From assembly GCF_004010195.1 (NCBI RefSeq), contig NC_057726.1, forward strand, positions 61,896,335-61,960,334: a stretch of DNA of 64,000 bases. The letters run 5' to 3'. The position numbers and the translations under genes were made by a program. The stretch is from Chiloscyllium plagiosum. Lineage: Eukaryota. The notes beneath the pieces are model-generated. The model did no database searches. It worked only from the letters and a program-made list of their open reading frames with translations, and was not told where the DNA came from. Position 1 is the stretch's first letter. Every line of letters starts with the position of its first letter. Positions 25,358 through 37,609 of this stretch are shown piece after piece.

Positions 25358-28300
25358 AAGCGATTGTACAACACTGTGTAATGTGTATGCTCTGAACAAA
25401 TGGCTGAGGGTATGCAAACATGGTGTGATGCTGGCAACATGAATAGCTGTATGATAATAGTGGTGTTTCTGAATATTAGGTATAAAACTGTGAATTTCAG
25501 GAAGTATAGCTGGTGAGTGATGAGGATGTGGTGACTGAGCACCTTGAATGACTGTTGCTGTTGTTAGTATGTGGATAGATATCATGTAAAAATGCATTCA
25601 TTGACCTTTAGCATTTGTGTGAAGTCTTATGACATTGTGGTCTTATGACATCAGAAATTGCTCTTCCTGGCCACTTGCTCTCAGTCCGTTCTTAGGATGA
25701 CTGTTGAGGGCCTGGTATCTTGTGACATCATGGTACTCTCCTCCTGCTTATCTCCACTACTAGAAATACATTCATCAATTTTGAATCCTACCTGTCTTGT
25801 TCCATTTTCGATCATTTGATTTAATCTACTGTTATTCAATGAAGTTGCCCTTTAAAAACAAAAATGCTTTCTGCACCGCATAACATCAGTACAATCCAGA
25901 GGCAACAAACAGTATTGGGAAGATCATTCAATCCCATGCTGTAAGCATAGTAATGAGAAGCTCCAAGGGAATGGGTGTGAGCAATCCTGAATCACATGAC
26001 CTGCACTCACAGGTTTTGGAGAAGAAGATGTTTTAGCCATATATACATTATCATTTGGATATCAGGAGATCAAGATACCATAATCTTAGATGCAGCTCGA
26101 TATATATGCATGTTATAATGCTCGTGAATTAAATCCTTTCTCAACATGCATACTAAACCATTTGCAATAACTGGGCTAAGAACTGGGCTAAGAACTCCTT
26201 TCCCACAAGGAACATCAAGATTCATTGAATGTCTCTTCCCTTCTTGACAGGGGAAGGTAGTATGTAAGAATAAGATTTTACACCATTAACTTAGCTAGCT
26301 GGGCATTGTTCTTAACTCAATGTTGGCATTGACACCAAATAGTATCTTCATCTTGGGTGCCATCATGTTCAATTCTGACCTTGTTTTCATTTAAACGTTT
26401 TAACTGAATGGAAAATATTTTGTTGTGTTGGATAGGTTCAAACATTTTGGTGCTGTAAATAAATGAAACCACTTGAATTCTTTCACTGCTTTTTTCTACA
26501 TTTGGCAGAATAACAGATTGTGCAATTCTAATCAGTAGAGAGGTTGTGCAATTGAACAATTGTAGGTCAGCTATGAAGCTACTGTTTCCTGCCACTCTGC
26601 CCCAAAGATTGAGCGATATAAACTCAATAAAGTATGTTTCTAACCTAGAAGAGTGTGCAATAATACTTTGCTTATCATTTTAATGGAGACATTTGTTATG
26701 TCCTGGCTTAACTTGAGCACAATATGAATAATATTATCTGCTTCAAGATTATCAATCTAACTTGATTAATCAGACTATGTGTTATATGTAGTACAGGATA
26801 CCCAAAGTGTGCACCCAATCTCATTGATGAACTCAAAAACACATCTGAACAACTGACAAAATAGTATCAGATATTTTGTAGTTATGTTCATTTTTAGATC
26901 CAAGTTTATACAGACACAAAATAAGCTACAATTGAATATCAAATTTTCAGCCATCCTTAAGACAATTTTCTACAGCTAAAATAAAAAAAACTCAATTCTC
27001 GAGTCTAAAATTAAACATTAGTTACTCTACGTGGAATGTGCCTTCACTTTCACTGAATTGGATTTCATTGTAATAATACTGAAGCTTGGATGAATTGATT
27101 AAATATTAGAGCCTAATAGCTACAAGTATATCTTAGTTTCTTTGAAATACAGACAAATTGTTTGAAGAATAACTCAGCCCCCGAAAAATCAAAGTACACA
27201 TTTGTCAGAGGTATTACTACCATTTGTCATTGATAATCATTCCAGTTGGCACTTATGTCTTCCTTTCATTGTCGCAAACTGGACTATATTTTCCAAGATA
27301 TTAGTTAACCAATTTCAATGTATTATAAATTTACCACAGATACTAGTCTTACTTTTAAATGAAGATTAATAATGAAGTGAACAGAAGTGGTTCCTATTGT
27401 GGAGGAAATTGAACAACAGTTTCTGACCCTTACACATGCACAACTAAATGGAAATCCAGAAATTGCTGAAGCAAGCCCTTCCACAAACTGTGCCAGATTT
27501 CATTTGTGGCACAGATGGAATCAATTTATATTCTTGAATGTGCGCTTGCTCTCTAGAGAGCAGTCTAATCAAATCCATTTCTGCTGCTATATCTCTATTT
27601 GCTCTTATCAAATTTGTCATGTGGATTCTTCAATGCAGTTTGTTGAAGAGTCATGTTGTTACCTTCCTTGCTAATGCATGCTATAGATTTTGTATAGAAG
27701 CTGCTATGCTGGATCAGACAAATGTGAAAGCAACATACCCTCAAAAGCCAGCAAAATAATCTGTGTATAACATTAAGGATAGAAAATAGTGAGTACTTCT
27801 CCTTCCTTCTCCTTTCATAACAAATTCTGAATCATAAATGGAACCAGAGTGCATTGTTCCATTTCACTCTTAGAATACCTTTCCCATTTTCTCTCCTTTA
27901 AGAGTCAATATACCAAAGGATTTTTTTTTTCAGCATTGACCATTTTCAACTAGCTTTACTGGATGGTCAGTTTAAAATAATATAAACTGTGAATAGCAAC
28001 GCACTGTTGAATTGCAGATGGAAAATCACTCTAATCTAGTTCTAACTTGACACAGATGGAATCATTTTCTGCTATGATTAATGTTTCGAAACATGTATTA
28101 CATCAAAACCAAATTGTGCATTTCCCCCTTGTATCATTGCCCTAGATTTGGTGAGATGATAGTGCGATGTCTAAGTCCAAGAGCCATGAGGTCAGCTATA
28201 AAACCTACTATGCTTGTGATAAGTTCAGATATGCTAAAACTAAGCATTGAACTTGAGACTTCTTGTTCTGCATGATTTAATTTTTATGTTTGTTTATAAA

Positions 28301-28664
28301 CTAAACCATGGAGGGGTGAATGAATAGAATCTGAGCTGATGCTAGTAACAGTGAAGCTAATGGATTGTCCAAATGCTCATATCTATTTTCAGCCAAGTAT
28401 GACACAATCTCTATATTATTGTGGTTAGTTCATAACTGCACTCCAAAATAATGTGGCAAGTATTCAGTCATATCAATCCGCTACAACAAATTCCAATAGT
28501 TCAAAAAAAAAGCACACAATCATATTGTCAGAGTGATTTATGTGGAATACATTCTTGCTTTACTTGAGAAGTCTACCTCCAGGAATGCTTATGCTTGAAA
28601 GGTTTATGGTAAAACATATGTTTCAAGTAGAGGTTATAAACTAAACTTGCATTTTTTTAACTTC

Positions 28665-28840
28665 TCTTGGTGGAGGCTAGTATAATTGCAACATTTAAAA
28701 GGCATCTGGTACATGAATAGGAAGGGTTTGGAGGGATATGGCCAAGATGCTGGCAGGTGGAACTAGATTGGGCTGGTCGGCATGGACGAGTTGGACCGAA
28801 GGGTCTGTTTCCGTGCTGTTCATCGCAATGACTCTATAGT
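28665..28840 (+). mobile_element. CR1 3' end fragment
   Basis: caacatttaaaaggcatctgg...ttggaccgaagggtctgtttccgtgctg...gactctat. Confidence 0.85.
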
Positions 28841-29439
28841 GACAAATGAGTTAACTGTCATAATATGTTTCCCATTACTGTTTTAAAATGCTGTCATTTG
28901 CCAAAAAAAGGAAGCAGCTGCAGTTTCAACTTGTGCGGTTTGAGTTATAGTTCAGAGGCCTTCTAACTTGTTTTTGCCTATTGTTTAGAGATATTTATCT
29001 TGTGCTTTTTAGCTTTAAGGAAATGGTCAAATATTGAGGTCACTTCGTTGCAACACAGGAAGCAAAATATGCACCCTTTTCCTTTCTTAGTGTCATGTTC
29101 CCTCAATATATTCATAACACACAGTTTAGTGTTGAACTTGAAATAAGGATGTCCAACCATTTGGAGCTGGAGACAAACTGTCTCTATCAAATGGAATAAA
29201 GTAAATCCTGATCACACAGAAAATTCAAGCCACACAGACAAAAGTTCTAAGATCACATTCATAGAAATCAGAACCTCCACCACACAGAAAGTCAAACTCC
29301 TAATTCAAACAAGACGCAATCTCATAAAGAAATCTCAATACAAAAATCTTTTTTAAAGTATCAGATCCAAAGCATTCAATCTTCCCTCACTTCTATGAAC
29401 TTTAACATCAGCTTCAGCCATTGGTCCTTTATTTATTTT

Positions 29440-30150
29440 ACTGGTTACATCCTCAAAATTTGTTTAGCAAGATTTGCCTTTTGTAAACTCATGCTGTCTT
29501 TCTCTAATCCTTAACAATTTCCAAATGTTCTGTTATCTCATCCTTTCTAATGAATTTGAGGATTTTTTTCCACTACTGATTTTAAGCTAATGGGTCTGTA
29601 AATCTCTTTTTTTCTCTCTCTTCTTCCTTTTTTAAATAGTGGGGTTACATTTCCAACTTCCAATTTGGAATTGTTCCACATCCGCAGAATTTTGGAAGAT
29701 GTCTACCAATGCGTCCAATATTTCCAAGGCAACTTTCTTTCATACTCTGGTAATATATCAGGCCCTGGTAATTTGGAGAAAGTGAGGACTGCAGATGCTG
29801 GTGATCAGAGTCGAAAAATGTTGTACTGGAAAAGCCAGGGAGCAGGAGAGTCGAAGTTTCGAGCATAAGCTCTTCATCAGGCATCAACCCTTCATCAGGC
29901 TCTTCCTGATGAATGGCATACTTTCAAAACATCGACTCTCTTGCTCCTTGGATGCTGCCTGACCTGCTATACTTTTCCAGCACCACACCTTTCGGCCCTT
30001 GTAATTTGTCAGTGTTTAACCCCATTAATTTCCCCAGCACATTGTTTTACTCATGCTGAATTTCTTCAATTCTGCCCTCTCACTAAACCCTTGGTGACTT
30101 AAGAATTCTGGTGTGTTATTTGTGCTCTTTTTTGTGAAGACAGAACCAAA
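29440..30150 (-). mobile_element. Decayed CR1 fragment
   Basis: cctttctaatgaatt...actactgattttaagctaatgggtctgta...tttttaaatagtggggttacatt, the reverse complement of RT N-terminal (VTPLFKK..NYRP.SL) sequence. Confidence 0.65.
29776..29993. mobile_element. Fold-back PLE-like short element, family 1
   Basis: Minus-strand core CTGATGA-A-GAGC-TTAT-GCTC-GAAACTTC (29853-29880); 15-bp direct repeat ggccct(g/t)gtaatttg (29761-29775, 29994-30008). Confidence 0.8.
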
Positions 30151-32625
30151 GTTCCATGGCATCACACCATCTCCCTGTTAATACATGCATCCCTGGAACA
30201 TCTGGATAACAAGGATACCCATGTCAGACTCCTACTTATTGATTACAGTTCCTCCATCAACAATTTCAAACAAACTCATCTCCAAAATCCGGGAACTAGG
30301 TCTTTGCTTACCCCCTCTGTTACCAGATTCTTGACTTTCTCACCAAATGACATCAGTCAATAGGATAGTCCTCAACATTGGTACCTCAAAATGCTGCATA
30401 CCCAGACTCTTCTATGCTCCTTATACACACACAACTGTGTGGCCAAATTCTGCACCAACCACACTTACAAGTTTACTAATGATACCACTGTTGTTGGTCA
30501 GATTTCAAACAACGACAAGACTGTTGAGGAGAAGTGTCAAAGAGGAGCCTCAAGTTCTGTGTTCAGTGGTCCAATTGATCATTATTTCAACTCGTTACCA
30601 CATGTGCCAGAGGGGTCAGAGACTGCTTCAAATCTGGCTTTCACAATTCCAGATCAAGTCAGAGGAGAGGTCAATGATAATCTGACTTCTCCAGTGGGAT
30701 ACAACATGTTTAATCCATTTCATGTTACAATAATTACATGCAATATTCTCATTGTTCCTTCTCCTTTAATCTATACATCCAATCCTGTGAAATATCTGAT
30801 CAATGGTCAATACCCAATGGACAACTCTAGGTTATCTGTGATCCAAGATGTTTACCAGACATTGTTATCACCAGGCCTTCAGATCTTACAAAATACCCCA
30901 CGAATTCACCTTCCAAAGTTGATGGTTATACTCTTTTTCAGACATTTCCTAGACTTGCTTATTTCTAAGGAATGCTGAAATTCTGTTATTTGTTGGATTC
31001 ATTGCTATCCCTATGAAAATCTGTTACTCATTTTATATTTCCAACTGTCCTAATCACAGGAGATACAAAAGGATATTAATTCCTACTAATTCCAATGAAT
31101 TAATGTTCTAATATGAAGTTAGTTATATATAAAGTTGTATTGTCACATCTATTTTTAGAATTGTTTAACTAACAAGTTTTCAGCAGCTTTTGTCCCACCT
31201 GACCTTGGAAAGTTGGGTAAACACTGCCCTTCTATCTTGCAGATGCACTGTAACTCATTCTAGTCGCATGCAATCTTTTAAGGTGCAATTTATTGATTCT
31301 GTATGTTCTACACGAACTGTTTTGCATAATAAGACAACATCTATTCCATTATTAAGACAAACTCAATAACTTTTCACAGTTTAATTAACTTGTTCAAACT
31401 CATAGGTTTTTATAAGACATAATCTTGTCATTCTTTTGATTTATCATTTGTCTCTGTTATTGTGTGATTATGCTTTTTTTCTAATTCTTGATGAATTACA
31501 ACTTTGGGCTGTCTATTCTCAGAAATCTCTTATCAGACAGATTCTTACACACACCTGCAGCTATTGTTTGTACAGAACTTCCTGCACATTCATTTGGATG
31601 ATTCTTTATTTAAAATAGACCCTATTACCTTGGGTTCCCTCTTTCTCAAAGCTACCATTCTGCTTAACTTATGACCTCACCCTAATGCTGGGCCAGGCAA
31701 TTATTTCTGTTATTGCAGCCATTTTTATGCCAATGAATGGCTATTTTGTGCTCCTCCTCACCACGGGCTGCCCCAGCAGAGACAAAGTACAGGAAGGAGA
31801 TAGAATGCTCAACGGCATGGTGCAAAGACAACAATCTCCCACCAATGTCAGCAAAACAAAGGGCCTGGTTATTGACTTCAGGAAGTGGAATGGAGGCTAC
31901 ACTCCTGTCTGTGTCAATGGTGCTAAGGTGGAGATGATCGACAGCATCAAGTTCCTGGGAGTGACGATCACCAACAATCTGTCCTGGTCCACCCATGGTG
32001 ACACTGTGGTCAAGAAAACACAGAATTGCCTCTACTTCCTCCAGGGGCTAAGAACATTTGGCATGTCCAAAAAACTCTTACTTTTTTTTAGGTGCACCAT
32101 ACAAAGTACCTAATAGTACCTGTTATCTGGATGATCACAGCATGGTATGGCAACTGCTCTTTGCAAGACCGATAGAAACTATGAGAAGTTGTGAACATAG
32201 CCCAGTCCATCATGCAAACCTGCCTCCCATCGAATGACTTCATCTATACTTGGTGCTGCACCAGGAAAGTAACCAACATAATCAAAAACTCCGCCTATTC
32301 TAGTTATACACTGTTCCACCCTCTTCCATCAAGCAGAAGATACAAAAGTTTATGTAAACTTTGTGTACATGTACAAACAGATTTACGAACAGCTTCTTCC
32401 CTGCTGTTATCAGACTTTTGAGTGGACTTCTTTAATGTTAACATTTATCTCTCTCTTTTCACCTTACTGGCAACTGTAATGTTGTGTCCTGCATTCTGTT
32501 CTGTAACCCTAATGCTCTTGTATAGTATGATGTGCCTGTAAAGTGCATAAACAACACTTATTCATTCAATAAGTAATGAATAATACTTATTCATTATTCA
32601 GTAATGAATAAAATCAAATCAAACC
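30150..32625 (+). mobile_element. Rex1/Babar-type LINE, split by a solo LTR
   Basis: SLYTHNCVAKF...YKFTNDTTVVGQISNND, resuming ETKYRKEIE..TAWCKDNNL / NVSKTKGLVIDFRK...KFLGVTITNNLSW; tail aataaaatcaaatcaaa. Confidence 0.85.
30522..31778. mobile_element. Probable solo LTR (1257 bp) inside Rex1
   Basis: Termini TGTTG...CAGCA (imperfect inverted), flanks aagac/gagac; Rex1 RT reads across the site when the block is removed. Confidence 0.65.
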
Positions 32626-32710
32626 TTCAGATAAAACAAGGGCAAAGAAACCACTTCACTCATATCCCCTGCTTATATCCCCATCCTCATTCCCACTTCT
32701 TTGGCTGATA

Positions 32711-33110
32711 TATCTCTGCCTCTTAAAGTTGAACAGCAGTTGGAGGAAGCAATGACTGTGATAATAACGCAAGAGTTTACTCAGCTTGGGGGACTTCAAC
32801 ATTGACCACCAAGGTTGACTCAGTGGCACCACTACTGCTTGGCTATCTCTGCCTCTTAAAGTTGAACAGCAGTTGGAGGAAGCAATGACTGTGATAATAA
32901 CGCAAGAGTTTACTCAGCTTGGGGGACTTCCTGAAGAAGGGCCTGTGCCCGAAACGTCGAATCTCCTGTTCCCTGGATGCTGCCTGACCTGCTGTGCTGT
33001 TCCAGCAATAAAGTTTCAACTTTGATCTCCAGCATCTGCAGACCTCACTTTCTCCTCGGACTTCAATATTGACCACCAAGGTTGACTCAGTGGCACCACT
33101 ACTGCTTGGC
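32711..33110. repeat. Tandem 133-bp duplication; second copy carries an insertion
   Basis: 32711-32843 repeated at 32844-33110, identical except caacattg/caatattg and the insert. Confidence 0.95.
32931..33057 (+). mobile_element. PLE-like short element, family 1, with intact-looking hammerhead core
   Basis: ttc-CTGAAGA-A-GGGC-CTGT-GCCC-GAAACGTC-gaa; TSD ggacttc (32924-32930, 33058-33064), confirmed by the adjacent empty copy. Confidence 0.85.
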
Positions 33111-33159
33111 AGTGAGGAGGTGATTTATTCGCTGCAAGATTCCTAGACTTTGGCCTGCT

Positions 33160-33960
33160 GGTTTATAATGTGGGAAAATGTGAGTTTATGCATTTTGGAA
33201 GGAAGAACTATAGGGCTGAATATTATTTAAATGAAAAAAAATTGCATAAAGGTATAGCATTGAAGGATGTCCAAACGATTGTGCATAAATCACAATAAGC
33301 TAGCATACACATTCAGTAGATGACAGGGAAGGCAAATGGGTTGATGGACTTCCTTCTAATGGGAATGGAGCATAAAAATAGGGACAGCTCACTATAACTA
33401 TACATGGCACCAGTTGCACCAAACCTAGAATAGTGTGAACAGATTTGCCTGAATAAACTTATCTGAAAATGATACACTAGCATTGGAGGCAGACCAGTGA
33501 ATGTTCTGTAGGTTGGAATCCTGAGTATAGAGGTATTGTCTTACGAAGAGAGGTTGAGTAGGTTGGGTTGTAATCATTGGCGTTTAATAGAATGAGAGGC
33601 ATCTTATTGAAACATATAAGATTCTTTGCAAGTTGACAGGACATTTGCAGAAAAGTTGTCTCCAATTACAAGAGAGTGTAAGATCACAATCTACTCTTAC
33701 CTCAGAGTAATGGGTTGCCCATTTAAGGTAGAGATGAGGAGAGTTTTTTCTTTCTCTCAGAGGATAGTGGATCCATGGAATTGTTTACAGGAGAGGAGTG
33801 CAGATGCTGGATTTCAAATCAGTAAAAGAATCAAGTGTTATGGCAAAAAGGTAGGAAAATGAAATTGAGGATGATCAGATAATCTCTTTGAATGGTGGAG
33901 CCATTCATTGGTGGGCTGAATAACTTACATCTGTTCCCATCTGTTAACTTCTATGGTGTT
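33160..33960 (+). mobile_element. Decayed CR1 3' region
   Basis: aatgtgggaaaatgtgag...tacgaagagaggttgagtagg...ttgaaacatataagattc; FSQRIVDPWNCL. Confidence 0.8.
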
Positions 33961-35659
33961 ATGAAACAAAGACAACTGAACTGATTAAAGTAATTGCAGT
34001 GCTGACTGAGAAGATCAATAAGCTTGAAAAAGAATTGGAATATGTGGGAGTAATTAAATGGAGGAAATTGTAAAAGATTCAATTTCCAATTTTCTCATTT
34101 CCAATTGCCTGAACTGTAAGTCAAGGTTCACCCATACATCTGAAATATTGCCTGTGCAAATTAGCCCCTCTATTTCCATTAAACCCAACAGTTTCATGAT
34201 TAAATAAATTGTCTGCCTTCTTAGCTTGCTGTGGCAACTTTATCTATTGGTCAACCTTTCTGGCCAACTTTGGCTTTGGTCATACCTTGCAACTGAACCA
34301 GGGAAAATTCTAGCACATTCAAAATCTCTTCAACAGTTTCCAGTGCCATCTTAAGTCTAAGTAGAAACCTAATGTCAGGTTAACCAAATAACCTTGCCTA
34401 TGTACCAAATTCCAATTCCAGATCTACATTGTCTGCATGTCAATATCCAGGGCTCAAACCCTCAGCTATGTTATTCAGATTGAGTGCAATCATTCTTCAT
34501 CTCTCTGTTTATTAGGACAACAGCTTGAGCAGATTTAGCCTATAGTCCCAAGAATTTAGAAGAATAGGATGTAATCTTATTGAAACATAAATGGGTCTGA
34601 TAGAGGAACAGTAGTGAAAATGCTTTCTCTGGCTAGAATGACACCATAGACATAGAGAAAGAAGTTAGTAATTAAAGACAAAGCAAAGCAGGGCTTCTTT
34701 TATTTAAAGGATTCAGAATCTTTACGTTTTTTGACCTCAATGGCCTGTGGACACTCAATTGGCAAGTATTCATAAGAGGGATGGATAGACTTTTGGTTAT
34801 TAAGGAAATTAGGAGATTGAGGGATTATGGGTAAAATTCAGGAAAGTGAAGTTAAGGGAGATGGTCAGTTATATTCGTGTTGAATATCGAAACAGTGTCG
34901 AATGGTCTTGTTTCTTACATTCTCTAATAATCTAATATGGTTCTATGCTTCAAATACTTATGTACCAGTTCAGACTAGTTGACATATATTTATACATTTT
35001 CTCCTTTCCCTGACTCCCATTTATAAACTTTTCTGTGCCTTAACTTTCAGTCATGAAGAGTTCAACATTCATTTTGAGAATGTGGTTTTAAAATCTTGAT
35101 TTGACTGTATGTGTCTCTTCATCAATGATTGACTTGCTACATGTTTTCATTTTTAGTCTGCCTCAAATTTGCAGTATTTTCCTCTTAATGTCTGACATAA
35201 GCAAGGAATGGTCAAGCAAACACTGAACTAGTGAATATATGGCATGACGTTTCAACCCAGTGGATGAGGATTCCCATGTTTGTGTAGCCTATAATTTAAA
35301 TACAGGAAACAGAAGTCATAGCATTGCTAAGGACTTGAACACACAAAAGGTGGAACCTTGTTTTGATTTGATACTAAGTGTGCAGGTGAGCCTAAAAGCA
35401 AGAGGTATTTCCACGTTGAGGAGAGTAGTGTTTTATTATGTGATTATATTTTTCTCAGCTTTATGCATATGTGTTTGCATGTGAAACAATTAATTTTAAT
35501 GAGCCGGTAGGAAGACAGGTGTTTCTGTCCACCACTGGGACCTATCAGATATTAAATTGTTGGTGCTATATTTAAAAGGCATGCAGACAGCAATACACTT
35601 TCTTCAGCTCAAGTGCATCATTCAGTTACAGCTCATCACACTTACCCACCCTTGAAAAT

Positions 35660-36700
35660 GTCAGAAACCTTGCAATAAGGAGTGCCATAGTTCAGCTCTG
35701 CTTCCTCAGGGCTGTCGAGAAGTCAGTGGAAGTCTTTTTCCTTAGGGATAGCAATGAGAGGTCATCCTTACTGACAAAGACAGCCTGAACAGAGGTGGCT
35801 GCAGAGCTTGGCAGCCAGGTGTGGCTTAGGAGAACATTGCTCCACTGCCACAAGAGTATGAATGATCTGCTGCTCCAGACTAATTCTTCTCACCCTTTCG
35901 AGTGAGCTAGCATTGTTGTCATTCATAACACTGGTGCCTCACATGTAATCAATGTCTGTCTCTTCATTGCAGCTACTAATGTGATACTACTTGCATTGCA
36001 GTGCTGCTTGCCTGTCAGTTCAGACTTCATACATAAATGGAGCTAAGCACAACATTCAGCAGCTTACACATACACACACTAACTCACTGACCTTTCATTA
36101 CATATAAGAGCATGTGTATATCAGATAGCTTTTCACCACAGGCATGCATGGGATAAGGACACTATCACAGAATGTGGCTTCAAGATGAATATTTCACAGG
36201 TATGTCAGGCGTACACATCCTATCATCCTATGATGCGCAACACCACTAGCTCCTTGATTATGTTTAATCATCCTTCAGTTAGAAGTCTTTAATTTCTCAA
36301 CTTCCCCTCACTCTACTGACCTTACGAGTGACACATACAGCTCTGGTGATTGGCATTTCTATCTATCTATTGGTGCAGATACAGAATAGAATAGAATAGA
36401 AATTTATTGTCACATGTACTTTTACATGAAAAATACTGTGAAAAATTTTATAAATCGCCCTACCATTGCAGCTAAGTATGGTGATCATGTACGAATACTG
36501 AAGTCTATTGATGCTTTTTTCCTTCTGCAAAGAAGGAGATCATGAATAAGCCACAGCAAACAAGCACAGATTTTTGGGATGGTGGTCTGAATCCCTCACA
36601 TAAGGGCCCTCACCCTCTGGAAAAGCAGACCACAGAACTGGCAGGAGAACAAGGGGAATGTGACCATTGATGATGAGATTAGACATCTACAGCCATCCAA
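35660..36700 (+). mobile_element. Harbinger-type Myb/SANT-like ORF relic
   Basis: From 35702: FLRAVEKSVEVFFLRDSNERSSLLTKTA*TEVAAELGSQVWLRRTLLHCHKSMNDL, matching the Myb/SANT-like pattern (AW.EVA...RT..QC.K..NDL). A second-exon-like relic near 36530-36690 (GG...IRALT..EK...ELAG). Confidence 0.6.
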
Positions 36701-37343
36701 TGAGAAAAGCTCAAAACAGCTGCTCCCAGCAGCACGTTGTGCAACAAAGTCTCAAGGAAACCTCGGAGGAAGTTGGTGGATCCTGATGCTAACAAATATT
36801 TATATTTTTCTATGCAGCCTCCAAATCCAATTCCTAAGTCAGGACCTTAACAAAAAAATGTCCAGCCTCCAGGCTGATCTCTACCAGCACCCCTGACAAG
36901 GAATGTGAGATTCATTAAGGCCTTCCACAAACAACTGCCACTCCACATGCCGCATCCTCAGCCGCCCTCACCACACCACCCCCCACCCCACTCCCACCAC
37001 CACTACCTCCAACAGGTTAAAACCTTTAATCTTAGTGGACAGTCTATTTACAGTAAGCTCCGGTTCACGTTGCATTGAACACACTACTGAAGCAGACTCG
37101 CACTCAAAGACAAAGGACATTTGAAGATTGATAGTGACTCAGTCCTGGCTGAGCTCAGTGTATTAATAGGTCTCTGGACACAGCCATAAAAGAACTGATG
37201 GAGATCACAGACCTTCAGGGGAATGTCAGGCAGAGTTCCAAAGTGTGCAAAATAATCTTCCCAAATTGTGCCTAATATTGTGGCTCTGGAATGCAAGTGC
37301 ATGGCTAGTGGCATCTGAAATATTTCCTCAGAGGCTGGTATCC

Positions 37344-37563
37344 TGTCACGAAGTCATCCTTTATTTGCATATGGACAGGTCTTGACACTGATCCAGCTCC
37401 CTCAGAGCCATCTGTCAGAGTGAACAGAATCTCTGACACTCAAGTTTGTATCTGTCAGTCAGGGGTTCTAGATTGGACCAGATTACCAACCAGATTAACA
37501 GACCCAATCAGGCAATTCATATTTTCTAGCATCTACCTGGCTGACCTTGCTACAATCACTAAA
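37344..37563 (-). mobile_element. Short solo LTR-like element
   Basis: Begins tgtcac, tttatt (aataaa on minus) close to that end, other end tacaatcactaaa; about 220 bp. Confidence 0.5.
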
Positions 37564-37609
37564 TCATCCATTATGCAGAGCTAGTTCCATCAGAACAATC
37601 ATATTTGTG

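Noticed and set aside
26317-26595. Minus ORF with V-domain-like words (FSIQLKRL...DEDTIWC)
   Set aside because: Spacing is wrong for the E-F strands, there is no C-strand Trp, no splice sites are evident, and it is on the opposite strand to the cluster.
27370-27800. Promoter/leader candidate (gaggaaattgaac, later gtgagt donor)
   Set aside because: No open ATG-to-donor signal peptide; motifs alone are insufficient.
30391-30978. 195-aa ORF
   Set aside because: Chimera of Rex1 RT and read-through into an inserted LTR-like block.
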